DNA from: Pseudovirgaria hyperparasitica
Taxonomy: Eukaryota
Reading direction: 5' to 3' (one strand)
NCBI GenBank assembly: GCA_010093815.1
Contig: ML996567.1
Length of the DNA: 64,000 bases
Shown here: positions 1 to 12,048 of the stretch, in pieces
How the letters are laid out: each line of letters begins with the position of its first letter
Numbering within the stretch: the first letter of the stretch is position 1
Program-made: the position numbers and the translations under genes
The notes under the pieces: model-generated
Seen by the model: the letters and a program-made list of their open reading frames with translations, nothing else
Database searches by the model: none
What the model was told of the DNA's origin: nothing

Positions 1-1022
1 CACCCCAGTCTTCTTTTGCCGGTGAAAGAGTCTGATCTTGAGGACTTGATCCAGTTACCATCTCCAGGCTCTTCAATTTCGAAGCAGAAGACGCTATCGT
101 CGATAACTGGGGATACGTATGGGTAACAAGTCGCTGTTTCAAGGCACTTGAGAGACTCTTACGCTGCCACGAAGACAAAGGAGGCTGAAGTACGGAAAGA
201 TCATCTTCGACAACTTCTGCCAGCTATGGCACAGTTAGAACTTGTTTCCTATGAACGTGGGGGACATACTTCTTTCAACTGCTGCATTGCACGAGTCTCC
301 TGTAGACCAGGAAGCCTCAAAATACCTTCCAATCCCTCGTCGTCTCCATCCAGTACAGCTTCTATACAGAACCTTGCCAAACGTTTGCTACCAATAACTT
401 CAGCGACTGAGGCTGTGCGCGACCACAGTCCAATATCAGCATCATCTTTGTCCAAAGCATTTGCAAAGTAGTCGAGCGCGATTACAGCTGCATTGATGAG
501 GTTCAGGGCAAGATCTTCAACCTTGAATTGGTCTTGTTCCTCTCTAGGGCGTGCTGTCCATTCCCTATGCCGTTGCACTAAGATGTCCATGAGCAGTTGA
601 CCATGGTTCTTATTTGACAGGTGAAGTATTTGAGGAAGAGTATTAGGCGCGCTGTCAGAGGGCGCAGGTAGTGCTACAGGTCCAGCCTCCACATCATCGG
701 GCAAAGCATATTCAAAATCAAACTGATCCCCCAGTAACTCCGATCTGCGATACTCGGATAAGGACTCGGGGTACTTGAAAACTTCGGAATTGAATAGGGA
801 GGCATAGGCTTCTTTTGCTTTATCGTATGACTGTGGTCCCTCGGAGTGGTACTTCAGTGCGTTTTGATACAGTTTCAATGCTTCCTCTATCTGAATCTCC
901 TTCGTGTTGTCGACTTCATCGTCGGATTCGCTGTCGGATTCGAGGTTGAGGGCTTTGAAGGTCGCCTAAAATCTGATCAGAACAGATCAATAGTCGATCA
1001 GGTTACTGAAATGACTCACCAT
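1..1022 (-). CDS. HIR3: Histone transcription regulator 3 (HIR complex subunit), 5' part; runs off the window start
   Basis: ATG-only first coding exon 1022-1020, intron 1019-966 (GTGAGT..TAG), exon 965-270, intron 269-224 (GTATGT..CTAAC..TAG), exon from 223. The spliced N-terminus MATFKALNLESDSESDDEVDNTKEIQIEEALKLYQNALKYHSEGP matches the fungal Hir3 N-terminus as I recall it. Confidence 0.9.
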
Positions 1023-1233
1023 GATCGTATCAAAGTACGAGTATCAACAGTGACGCTGAATCCAATCAACTCTGTAATCTCGGGAATGTGTTGCCGTGGC
1101 CAGTCGCTCAAATACATACGCGACATGCGCATTTATTTAGTTCTTTGGTAGAGGCACATAGCTGAGAAGCCATCCAGAGAGATCGCAAGCTGTCAAGCAT
1201 AAGCCTTTGTGCTCGCCGCAGAGACGCGCAACT

Positions 1234-1240
1234 TCACGTG
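1234..1240. promoter_or_regulatory. TCACGTG E-box (Cbf1/bHLH-type) in the divergent HIR3/BUD7 promoter
   Basis: Exact TCACGTG near the middle of the ~470-bp divergent intergenic region. Function is inferred only. Confidence 0.3.
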
Positions 1241-1491
1241 TGAGCTGTGACCTGGCGCGTCGTAACAGCCGGAGATACTCCGTTAATGGGTTCATGAACA
1301 TATTAGTGGGACCAGGTTGTAGACAACATACGTCTCATAGCTAATAGTCCATAAAGTTGCTCGCTACAATACACTCCGACGTCATGATGAGACCGTAAGA
1401 TCAAATTGTCTTCTCCACGAAGGTCCATACACGGAGGTTCATACAACTATTACACCCTTATACCCTGCCAATTCTACATCGCGACCTCGCA

Positions 1492-3820
1492 ATGGTTACA
1501 GCGCCGTCCGTGCCGGAGTAGGTCTCAGCTTTATGATCTCCTTGCAGTTCCCGGCACCCTCGTAGCCTAATTGGCTTCAACTCATGTAGCTCTTCAAAGT
1601 TCATTTAGTTTACTAAAGCCACTGGATATACCTCCACGGCTATGCTATCGACACGAAAGATCAATACTGATATGTCGTGGCGTATAGGATATTCGAAGAT
1701 GACAGCCAATCAGTCATAGAAGCACGCACTGAATCACTCTCTGCCTTGCGCGAACTAGGACCTCCCGACTTGGTTCATCTTGTCAAACAGCCGGTCAAAT
1801 CGACCACGAAACAGGTACATGCGCTTACCGGACATCACGAAAAGCACAGCTAATCAAGACGATAAAGATTGGTGTATACCATCATGTCACTGGTGTAGAC
1901 GCCTCCTCTTCCGCCAGTCTTGCCGCCTATATCAACACCCTCACCTATAATCCACTTGATAAAACCAACAAGGTCACGCAGGGGCTCTATTGTTGCTACA
2001 ATGCGTTCTCCAGACTCGACATGCGCGTGCAGGTGGCAATTCCAGGAACTGTGGAAGCCTATTGCATCGACGAAAGGGGAGACAAAAGAGTTGCTACGGA
2101 TGAGCTTTGGCTAGAAACCTACCTTTGTAGTGTCTTACGCGCCTATTCCTATGCCGACGACGGTTCTGGAGAAGTAATCAAAAAGATTATAGGCGTACGA
2201 AGATTCAATCCAATTACCAGCACAGATGCGGAGCATAAGTTTCTTGATGCTGCTGAGCGCCTATTCTTCAATGGCTGGCAGCTGGGATCTGATCCAGAAA
2301 TCCAAGTACCAAATCTTGTCTCTAACCACCTTACGACTGGACTTTTGGACTATATTCACACGACTGGAAGATATCCATCGGGTATCAATTTGTTTGAGAA
2401 ACTCCGCACGCGCGACCCTGAAATATCATCCCTCCTCGCTCGAGTCTATATCGCCGCAGACGAGGAGGTCAAAGCAGTGCAGCTGCTGCATGACGCCATT
2501 CAGGAGCTTCCTATGGACTATTCCTTGTTAGACTGCCAAGCTGATTTTTGCAATCAGAAAGGACGACCGGATCTCGCTCTAGAAATAGCAAAACGTAGCG
2601 TTGTCTCAGCACCAAGTGAATTCGGCACTTGGGCTAGACTCGCAGAAATCTACGTGAATCTAGAGCAATGGGATCTGGCGCTTCTGACCTTGAACTCATG
2701 TCCAATGTTTACGTATCAAGATAAAGACGCCCCTCGCATACCCGAACCCCTCCGTCTCTCTCTACCGGCAATGCCAGAGACCATATGCGACGAGATTGAT
2801 GACAGCACCGTAGATGGAGACTCTGACGCGGTACATCCGACTTTGCGCAAGCTTCACGCAGCACAATTCAAAGGCACTTTTGCCAAAGCGTATACACTCC
2901 TAACTGAGATAGCCAAAAAGATCGGGTGGGATCAACTGCTCAAGATCCGTAGCCAAGTCTTCGTCATGGAAGAAGAATACCGCCACGAAAAGCAGACTGC
3001 CGCGCATGTGCCTGCCAGTAGAAATGCCAGCACCACCGCTCTCCACTCCCCGAGCCCCAACACCAACGGCAACAAGGGGAACGACGATGCAGACAGCGAA
3101 GAGGACACATCAGAAGGTGCATCAGAGACCGACCCCTCCTCCGCAGCTGAGGCCGAGGCCCAAAATCTGGAGAAGCCCAGTCTCACTGTTGCGTCAGAGA
3201 CAGTCAAGGCAGGCAGCGACGAGCCCGATCAGACAGCCCAGCAGAACTACACGCAATTCCATAACAAACGCTTGTGTGAACGCTGGCTCGACAACCTTTT
3301 CATGGTGCTGTATGAAGATCTGCGAGTGTACACCATCTGGCGCACGGAAATGGCACAATATCGCGAGCGTCAGCTCGCATACAAGAAATCTGCTGATGAG
3401 TGGGAAATCCTGGGAGAGCTGGCAGAGAGACTGCACCATTCTGACGAAGCCATCGAGGCATTTGAGTCTTGCCTGCAGATGAGGTTCAGCCCGAAGGCCA
3501 TGAAAGGCGTGTTAAAAGTGTATGAAACCCACAGCGATGTGAGGGAGAACCTAGGCGCGCTTATCCGGCTGGTCACATGGCAATACAGGTGGTATTCTGA
3601 GGTTGGTTACGTCCAGGACATTTCTGGAGTCATGCGGCTAATCTTTGGCTAGTTCTCGCCCTCTTTGCTATACAACGTACGGAAGCTCATAGAAGAAGAG
3701 GGTGCCGTGAAGGTTAGAAGTATTATTCAAGGCACGACAATGCCGCAGCACGTTCTGGACTTGACTCATCACTATGCGCAACTGTGTGCTGCCTTCAGGA
3801 GCAGTGGTACCGATGGCTGA
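1492..3820 (+). CDS. BUD7: ChAPs family exomer cargo adaptor (Bud7/Bch1), TPR-like
   Basis: Exons 1492-1517, 1688-1814, 1868-3601, 3653-3820 join in frame. Motifs LRELGPPDLVHL, YHHVTGVDASSSASLAAY, YCCYNAFSRLDMRV, KRLCERWLDNLFMVLYEDLR and WQYRWYSEFSP are characteristic of ChAPs. Confidence 0.92.
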
Positions 3821-4173
3821 GTCTATGATAGATATCCAGCCGCAGTCTGAAAAGCCGAGAATGAAACGTTATGTCGTTGAGAGATGGTATGTGCTTAGTC
3901 AAAAGTGTAGTGTTTTATATCCACGACAGGGCGGTGCTTCGCATAGCCAATATAATACCATCTGATATTTCATATTTTCGAATGCTCCAAGCAGCACTAT
4001 CACATCTGCAATATCGGCATGTCTTCAGTGTGAAAAGACAATGGTTTTTCATTCCTATATCACATATTCGCCGGGTGATCCCAGTAAGACCAATGACGCA
4101 GAAATCGCCGCAACCGTGAAGCAGTGAATACACCTTTTCCTTCGCATGCCCCCACCCCCATAACAGGTACTCT

Positions 4174-4856
4174 TTAACGGTAGGATTTCTGGTATCTGGC
4201 ACGGGCACCCGGACCGCCAAACTTCTTGGGCTCGCACCGTCTGTTGTCGGCAACGAGGAGTGTGCGGTCGTATTGTACGAGGGCGGTCTTCAGTTGGTTC
4301 TTTGAGTGCTCATCGACGAATTTTTGGTAGTATGCAATCTGTAGCAGGCATTGTTAGCATTCCTTCTCAAATGCACGTTCCATTGTTTGCATCGTCAATC
4401 TTCTCGTTCTCGTTTTCCTTCTCTTGCAGGGTCTGGATCAACGTACGATTGACTTGGCAATGGCTTGTCGAATGGCGTAGATCTGGGAAGTGTGACCACC
4501 GCCGGAGACACGAACGCGGATGTCTACATCGGCGAACTTATCAAGTCCGAGGATGAGGACGGGTTCGTAGAGCTTGAAGCGCAGAACCTCAGGCTGGACG
4601 AGCGCGAGGGGCTTGCCGTTGACCTTGATGAGACCTTTTCCGGCCTAATAGCAACTCAATCAGTATTGTGCTCCCTCTACATTATAGCTGTATTCCCTGG
4701 CTTCTGTTGTAGTCGTACCTTGCAGTGAGCGACAGCTGCATAAAATTGTTAGCGATATGTATTCGAGATGGAGTCGCGCGAGCGAGCGGACTGATGGAGC
4801 ATACCAGTCGCGGTCTTCTTCTTGCCGAAGCACTGTACACTCTGTGTAGAAGCCAT
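4174..4856 (-). CDS. RPS16: 40S ribosomal protein S16 (uS9), 143 aa
   Basis: Exons 4856-4805, 4735-4719, 4644-4447, 4338-4174 give [33 protein letters not shown]...[18 protein letters not shown]...[31 protein letters not shown]. Confidence 0.98.
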
Positions 4857-5028
4857 TCTGGGCGATATGGCGATCAGAATGTGTCGTGAGGATGTTGGGT
4901 GGGCGTCGCTGTCGTTAGTTTCGATTCGTGAGGTTGTCTCGTCTACGATTTTCGCGGACTGGTGTGTCGCTCGCTTAGGTCTTGGCGCCTCAGACAACTA
5001 AGTAGGTGTGGTGGGAGCGCCAGCGCAG

Positions 5029-5036
5029 ATCACGTG
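5029..5036. promoter_or_regulatory. ATCACGTG (RTCACRTG, Cbf1-type site) in the 276-bp divergent RPS16 promoter
   Basis: Exact match about 175 bp upstream of the RPS16 ATG. Cbf1 sites occur at ribosomal protein promoters in some fungi. Confidence 0.35.
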
Positions 5037-5132
5037 TAACGGCTCTCATACATGGTAGTGTGTCGTTTCCTCTGACTTAGCTTACGTTCCTTTTGCGCAA
5101 GGGCATCAAGTCTTCATGGCGTAAGGTTCCTG

Positions 5133-7222
5133 ATGAGTCTCAAAAGGACTGAAATGGGGCCACCGAGCCCAGGTCAGACAAACCACTACTGGTCTGAGGT
5201 CATACACGAACCGGAAGCATTGTGGAAGCAGTTTTTGAGCTACTTCGAGCAGAGAAAATGGCATGACGGTCAAGACTTGATGCATATTGGAAACGATGTC
5301 CGAAGGTCCTTGGAGGATAGTCCATTCGGCGTTCAAGCAATACAAATTATGGCAGACGCCGCAGGATCTCGTGGGTCGAATCCTAACAGTCATGGCAAAG
5401 CTTTGTCCGTGTATTTACATTGGCCGCAGATCCCGAGCTGAGGCCTAAGTATGAGGAGTTCGGCGTTTTATACCAATGTGCACAAGCAGCATTCACCGAG
5501 GGAAAGAGCAAAGATCTCACGAAGCAATATCTTCGTGTTGTTGGCAATTCCCTAGATGAGCAAACAGGAAAATGTCGAAAAGTCGTTCTCAGCTACCTAC
5601 CCAAACTGTCGAACTTCTTCCACAATCCAGATTTGGCCCCAATAGCAATCGGTCTTGCCATGAATCTTTGCGCTGAACCAGGCCCTGAAAGCGAATATGC
5701 TGTGGAGTTAGGTTTCGATGCCAAAGTGGCAAGTGGGTTGTGGGCTGGACTATTTCCGGAGAACAGTCCAGGATGCGACAGAGCCATCTCGTTCCTCGAG
5801 AACATATCAGACGACTTGCCAAGGAATCTTAGTACTGTTGAACCGCTCATCACCTTGAATTATTTGATACAAGCCATGACCATCCTCAAAGACCTTACGG
5901 TGTATGCGCGCTGTGCTGCAATCACGGTCAAGTATCTTGAGAACGATACTGTCAGGAGAGCTATTGCGAATGACGCCCCTATATTCAATTCTTGTATGGA
6001 TGTTTTGGTCGACAACGATAGGAGAGTACAGAAGCTCCTAGATCTCCCGGAAGCAACACGCAGAGAAGTGGTCCAGGACATTCAAGAGGAATTGTTTGAT
6101 TTTGACGACGCTGCCGAAGAACAAGGTAAGGAGGTGAACTTGAAACTTGTACAGCAACTTGTGAGTACGGAATCTCTTGGTAAAGCGCTCGTGCTTCTGT
6201 CTCAAGAAGATACATATAAGTCAACAATCGCAGAAGTTCTTCCTGAATGTGAGCTCATGAAGCTTGTGGATGTTATACGCTCAGAGACAAGCTCTGTTGC
6301 TGGGGTACACATTATGTGTGCATGTCTTATGCTTGCAAATATGGCAAGCAATACTTCGCTCTCGGAACGAGCCGTGCAGGAGATGGACGTACACCGCGCA
6401 GTACTAAATATCATTACGCCTGCTACCGATCGTAATATTCTGCGCGCCGCAGCTCAATGTCTCTTCCGCCTAGCTGAATCGAGTCTGAATCGCCCAACCT
6501 TGGGTACAGCAGGCGTACTCGAGGCATGTGCTTGCTTGCTATACCTAAAGGACCCACGCATAAGCCCCGAGGCAGCGTCCGTCATCAAGCGACTTCTGAC
6601 AGACACACCAGCCAATATTCCAAAAGTATTTTCCGGAATTTCAGAAACCAGTCGGCGACACATCCGAGAATGGCAATGGAAAAGCGATCTCACACAACCG
6701 CTGCCACCAACGCTCCTCGGTATAATCACGTCTATCTACGCCTCCAACACCGACGTTGCAGACCTCGCAGTTGCAGTCGTGGAAGTTGTCAAGATCGCAT
6801 GTAAACCTCATTCTGAGGCTCTTACCAATTCTTTTTTTGATGTAGCATTACATGAGCCTGAAACAGTAACGTCCACGCTCCATCCATTGTTCAAGCTCGC
6901 GCAAAATGACCCAAACAGCTACCCATGTCGAAGAGGCTTGTTCGCACTGGGTTTGCTCACGCACCATCAGCCATCTGCTGAATGTGTGATGCGCTATCTA
7001 GACTCTGATGCCGACGCGCTGGATAATTTAGAGAGACTAGTTGGAGCTGCGAGTGCAAACATATCTGTAGACAAGGCTTCACAGAGTGAGAAATCAACAC
7101 AAGCGTTGAAATCCACACTAAGCGTCATACTGTTCGGACTGCAGACAAACGTTCCAGAGCACAAGAGACCTCCGGGAGTTCGAGAGCGCGTGAATGAGAT
7201 GTTCAATAAGGTCACGAAGTAG
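5133..7222 (+). CDS. Armadillo-repeat protein, SmgGDS/RAP1GDS1-like GDP dissociation stimulator (divergent)
   Basis: Exon 5133-5370, intron 5371-5429 (GTGGGT..CAG), exon 5430-7222 in frame. Segments LRVVGNS, IAIGLAMNLC, ACLMLANMA and RLAESSLNRPTLGTAG resemble ARM repeats of fungal SmgGDS proteins. Confidence 0.6.
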
Positions 7223-7481
7223 GTAGTGATCACGAAGGGATCGGAGATGACAACTTCATCTAACATCTTTATGCTGTACTCAATCGGTTTCGCAATGCTG
7301 CGCGACACAGACGAGCATAATAGAGGAGAAGTGGGCAGCGGATCAGGGGGACAGGGCGGAATGTTTGACGCAACTACGGCTCTGCCCAGCTAGCATTCAC
7401 AATCGCTCAATATCTGCTGGGTTTTCCTCTACGTAAACCACTCTCCCGATTCCAGCACGTACCACTTTAGTATCGTCCACT

Positions 7482-8394
7482 TTAATCCTCATCCCCATCG
7501 ACCTCCTCTAGATCATCCTCTTGTGGCACATCGCCGCCCTTGGCCTTTGCAGCTGCAGCCGCTGGCCCACCTTTCTTCGCCGTCGCCTCGGCTGCATCGT
7601 CAGCGTCATCAGAGGCTTCTTCGTCTTCTTCCGACGCATCTGGACCGCCATCTTCGGCGTCGGATCCGGCAGTGGGCTTCTCATCGTCAGGAGCCGGACC
7701 CTCGCGTTCGACTTTGCGCTTCTTGGGCTCTGTTGGGTGTCAGTATCCGTGGAAGATGTAGAAAGACACCCTGGTGGAGCAGGGGTAGAATTCATGAGGA
7801 GAGTAAGGCGAATAGTGAAATTAAGATGGGGGTTGCATACGAGGAGCTTTAGATTTTGGTTGCTCTTCTACGACCTCGTCCTCTTCCTCATCCTCTTCTT
7901 CTTCGTCCTCTTCCTCGTCGTAGTTCTCCGAGCCTTCGGAATCATATCTGGGCGGGCGAGATCAGCCTCAAGTCACTCTCAGAAGGAGGACTGTATCAAG
8001 AGTTGTGGTGCAAGCAATGTCAATGAGACAAATGTGATAACAGCGATGCTCAGAGCTAGAGGAAACTTAAATAATGACAGGTTAAGCGCCACAGCTACAG
8101 ACATCAAAGCTCAGGAGACAAGCTCCCAATGGGGAGCTATAACGACGGACGCGAAAGGCATGCCAGAAACAACAACACAAAGACGTATCGCAACGAAAGA
8201 AGACTCAAGGAACACAGTCGCAGTAGCCTCGCGATCACAATTGGGGGTATTTGTGGAATGCGACAGCAATAATAACGTTACAAGGCAAACGGCATGACGT
8301 CAAGAGAACGTTGAGCTTACTCTTCCTCCTCGTCAGACTCGTCAGAAGGGAGAGCCACGAGCTCCTCCTCGGCTTGTCGCTTACGGGTAGACAT
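7482..8394 (-). CDS. Small hyperacidic, probably nuclear protein (142 aa), function unknown
   Basis: Exons 8394-8321, 7947-7841, 7729-7482 have canonical splice signals and total 429 nt in frame: MSTRKRQAEEELVALPSDESDEEEEYDSEGSENYDEEEDEEEE...QPKKRKVEREG...EEVDGDED*. A CT-rich leader precedes the ATG. Not represented correctly in the ORF track. Confidence 0.85.
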
Positions 8395-9771
8395 GATGAA
8401 GGGGCAATTAGAGTAGAGCTACAAAGGTGAAGGGAGAGGAATGGGAGGAAGAAAAGGAGGAGTTGGGAAAACGAGGAAAAGTTGAGGGGCCGGCTGAAGT
8501 ACATTATGAGCTCAGGTCAGGGCAGGGCAATGAGCTCAAGGCAGGGTAGGGCAGGGTAGGGCAGGCAAGCTGCGGGAAGGGGCTTTAGCGCTGCTGGGTG
8601 AGCGCGAGGGGAAACTGGAAGAGGCGTCTGTTTGCAGGCGGCGTAATCAAAGAGGGCCACCTGCACCAAGAACACCACCAACCTCTCCTGCTCCATGTCG
8701 GTCATCGTGCAGCAGACCTAGACTGGCCGATAATTTGGCCGCATTGCCAGGTACCAAAAGGAACACGCAGGGAAGTCCTCAATCAGACCGGTGGGGGAGG
8801 CCCGTACGAGCGGGAACTGTGCATTGCCTCCTCGCCGACGAAACCACTTTATCCTTCCTCTTCGCCCTGCGGCATATACACATATAGCAACCGGGAGACG
8901 ATCTTGTTTTCCGGGTTGCAGTCGTGATAGCTGCCGATGCTACCTTGTTTACGAGGCTGCAACACCCATTTAAAGGTATATTCTATGAGATCGTGCTCGT
9001 ACACCATACACCCAATAATCAAGCTTACCTGCACAAGCATAAAATGCTTTGAGGGCACTAGTCCACAGAGCCAAGTGTGATAAGTGACTTACGTGTAATA
9101 CATTGATGCCCGCGATCGTGTATAGCAATGGAAGTGAATTATCAAGGGTTGTTAAAAGGTGTGAGTGAACAGAGAGTCGAACTCGGCCCGTGTGAGAGGA
9201 AGATTCTAAGCGAAATTTTAGGCAGACATGAGCACCACTAGCCCACCCCGCCAAATCTTGTCTTTACATCAACCACCGTCGAACCTCAGTTGCACCCACG
9301 CTCCCTGCATTACACACTTGCGCTGCAACAGGCGGGCGCATTATTGCCGGATTCAGTTAAGAGAACGGGCGTTTTCTTCAGGTAGGTGCAGCTTTTCTAT
9401 CTTAAAAGTATTCCTCATCGTTTGCACTACAAAAGAGTCGTCTACGTCCTCGACGGTCACAGTCGCAGTTGCAGTCGTCGCTAGGCAGTCTATAGCCTAC
9501 GTAGACCTTTTTACACCATGCCTAAAGCACTAACTTTTTTCTTGAAGAGTAGATCGCTTATTCCACCTTGATTCCTTACGTTCGGGCAGCGAAGACGTTA
9601 CATTCACTGCCCTCGACGCATCGTAAACCCTTCGATATATATCCTTAACGCCAACGCGTTATATACTCTCGACGTTGAACATATGGACGAAGAACCAAGT
9701 TGAGACTTCACAATCAACTGCGCAACGTACAAGTTATCACTTTACTCCGGTCGAGCACATATTAGCCTATC

Positions 9772-12048
9772 ATGTCTACCATCGCCGGTGGAATGCGGCG
9801 AGGACCGCCAATTGGGCGTCTCGCGAGTATGAAAGACCCCGAAAGCCTAAGACGAGCCCGCGAGAACACGCCCTCAGCGTTGCGCAAATCGAAGAAAAAC
9901 GCAGGATGTGGCTGTGATGATCCCAAGCCGCAAGAATCGGACGGAGGTCTAGTATGCAGCAATTGTGGTATCATGCTGAGTTCTTCCAACATCGTGTCAG
10001 AGGTGACCTTTGGTGAGACTTCAACAGGCGCGGCCGTCGTACAGGGGGCCTTCGTCGGAGAGGGTCAGAGGCATGCACGGAGCTTAGGGATACCAAACAG
10101 ACATATGGGCGGTCTCGGCGGAGAGAGCGGAGGAGAGAGCATGTCCGCACAGCGTGGTGCCGACCAGGCCAAAATGATCTGCCATCAGCTTCGCCTCAGT
10201 GACAGCCTGACGGAAAAAGCTGTCGGTGCCTACAGGATGGTACAACATCATAACTTCGTTCAAGGTCGTCAGATCGATCAAGTCGCAGGCGTCTGCATAT
10301 ACCACGCTTGCCGTTACTCGAACAACAAGGAAGAACAAATGGCCCTTGCGGATATCGCCGAGAAGACCAAGACGAGCGTGTTCACCCTAGGCAAGATATA
10401 CAAGGAGATGCGCAAGACCCTTGGACTTGAGCAGGACAAAGAAGCAGGTTTGTTAGATCTCGAAAAAATGATTATTCGATATGCGAAGAAGCTCGAATTT
10501 GGGGCCAAAATGACTACCGTGGCGCATGATGCGCAGCGAATCATGAGTCGCATGAAAAAAGATTGGCTTACTGACGGAAGAAGTCCCGCAGGAGTAATCG
10601 GAGCTTGTTTGATTCTTGCAGCGCGCATGAACAACTTTCGCCGATCCGTACGTGAAGTTGTGTTTGTCGTCAAGGTCACTGATGCTACTCTAAATCTACG
10701 CATGCAAGAATTTAAAAAGACTGAAGCTTCGACTCTTTCCATTGACGAATTCCGGGACAAATTCGATACATTACCTGACGCCGCCAACCCTCCTGCAATC
10801 TGGAAACCTCTGGAGAAGGCTGAAAAAAGGAGGAAGCGGATGGAACAGGAGGAGGATACAGATACCCCAGATACTGCCGAAATTGGAGAAGCTGATAGCT
10901 CCAATACCGGGTCGTCGAAGAAGACGCGTAAGCGTAAAAGGTCCAGTAAGAAAGACGGGGAACCAGTTGGGGGTGGTCCTCGTCGAGATGCTGATGGCTT
11001 TGCAATCCCCGCTTTGCCTATAGATACTGCAACCGATGGCTCTTCGCAAAAGCCTGCAGCCAAGAAACGAGGAAGGCCACGTAAGATCATCCCGGTCGTG
11101 CAAGAGCCAACGGCCTCTGAGGCACAAGAGGAGTCCGCAATCGAAGAAGCTATCGAGGCTGAACTAAATAATCCCAGTCTTCAGCAGATCGCTTCAGAGC
11201 ACGATGCAGAGGAAGTCTGGGAACGACGAGCAGCAGAGCTCAAGGCGGCTTCTGACAGGATGAGGAATCAATCCAAAGTCTCCAATGAGATTGAAGTTCT
11301 TGAGGGAGAGTTTGAAGATGACCCTGAAGTCAAATACTGTCAGCTCTCCAAAGAAGAGGTAGCACGGAAGGAAAAGTTATGGGTTACAGAGAATGCCGAC
11401 TGGTTGCGCGTGCAACACCAACGTCTTATGGACAAAGCTTTAGAGGATGCCCGCGGGGGCCCGAAGAAGCCTATTCGCCGTCGCAAGCGCCGTCGCCTGG
11501 ACGAGAACGAGGATGGCACTCCAACGCGATATGAAAACGCCACTGAAGCTACAGTTGAGATGATTCGAAGAAGAGCTCCAGCATTCTCACGCAAGCTCAA
11601 CTATGACCAACTGAATTCTATGTATGGAGCCGGGCCAGCTTCCCCTGCTAGCGGTCTTGACTCTCGCCGTGCTAGCATCGAAGCAAGTCCTGCGCCTTCT
11701 AGTCGCGCTACACCCAGTCGTCTCCTTGAGCCTGCTGGCATTTCCGGTCAGTCTGGCCTTGAGGCTGCACGGCTAGCTCTCAACTCTGCTCGTGGCATGC
11801 TTCCTACTCCAACACCCTCACAAGCTACGCGCCAGTCTACGCAGCCTCTTACTAGGGTAGAAGAAGTTATCCGCACGGCTGAAAAGGCAGATCCACCACA
11901 GAAGCCTCAGCAGACGGACGAAGACGGTCATGATGATGACATATCTGATATAGATATGGATGAAGAGGAGATCAACGACGCAATTCAGTACATTTCGGAC
12001 GAAGACGAAGCTCAAGAGTACGACGAGTATGATGAGGAATATGAGTGA
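9772..12048 (+). CDS. BRF1: TFIIIB subunit Brf1
   Basis: Intronless 758 aa. N-terminal Zn ribbon (CGC...CSNCG), IVSEVTFGETSTGAAVVQG, cyclin folds (DWLTDGRSPAGVIGACLILAARMNNFRRSVREVV), and C-terminal Brf1 TBP-binding region (KEKLWVTENADWL...FSRKLNYD). Confidence 0.95.
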   Translation: MSTIAGGMRRGPPIGRLASMKDPESLRRARENTPSALRKSKKNAGCGCDDPKPQESDGGLVCSNCGIMLSSSNIVSEVTFGETSTGAAVVQGAFVGEGQRHARSLGIPNRHMGGLGGESGGESMSAQRGADQAKMICHQLRLSDSLTEKAVGAYRMVQHHNFVQGRQIDQVAGVCIYHACRYSNNKEEQMALADIAEKTKTSVFTLGKIYKEMRKTLGLEQDKEAGLLDLEKMIIRYAKKLEFGAKMTTVAHDAQRIMSRMKKDWLTDGRSPAGVIGACLILAARMNNFRRSVREVVFVVKVTDATLNLRMQEFKKTEASTLSIDEFRDKFDTLPDAANPPAIWKPLEKAEKRRKRMEQEEDTDTPDTAEIGEADSSNTGSSKKTRKRKRSSKKDGEPVGGGPRRDADGFAIPALPIDTATDGSSQKPAAKKRGRPRKIIPVVQEPTASEAQEESAIEEAIEAELNNPSLQQIASEHDAEEVWERRAAELKAASDRMRNQSKVSNEIEVLEGEFEDDPEVKYCQLSKEEVARKEKLWVTENADWLRVQHQRLMDKALEDARGGPKKPIRRRKRRRLDENEDGTPTRYENATEATVEMIRRRAPAFSRKLNYDQLNSMYGAGPASPASGLDSRRASIEASPAPSSRATPSRLLEPAGISGQSGLEAARLALNSARGMLPTPTPSQATRQSTQPLTRVEEVIRTAEKADPPQKPQQTDEDGHDDDISDIDMDEEEINDAIQYISDEDEAQEYDEYDEEYE

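Noticed and set aside
7521..8297. 258-aa + strand ORF
   Set aside because: Antisense shadow of the spliced acidic-protein gene; it starts at GTG and has no recognisable motifs.
10314..11090. 258-aa - strand ORF
   Set aside because: Antisense to BRF1 coding sequence.
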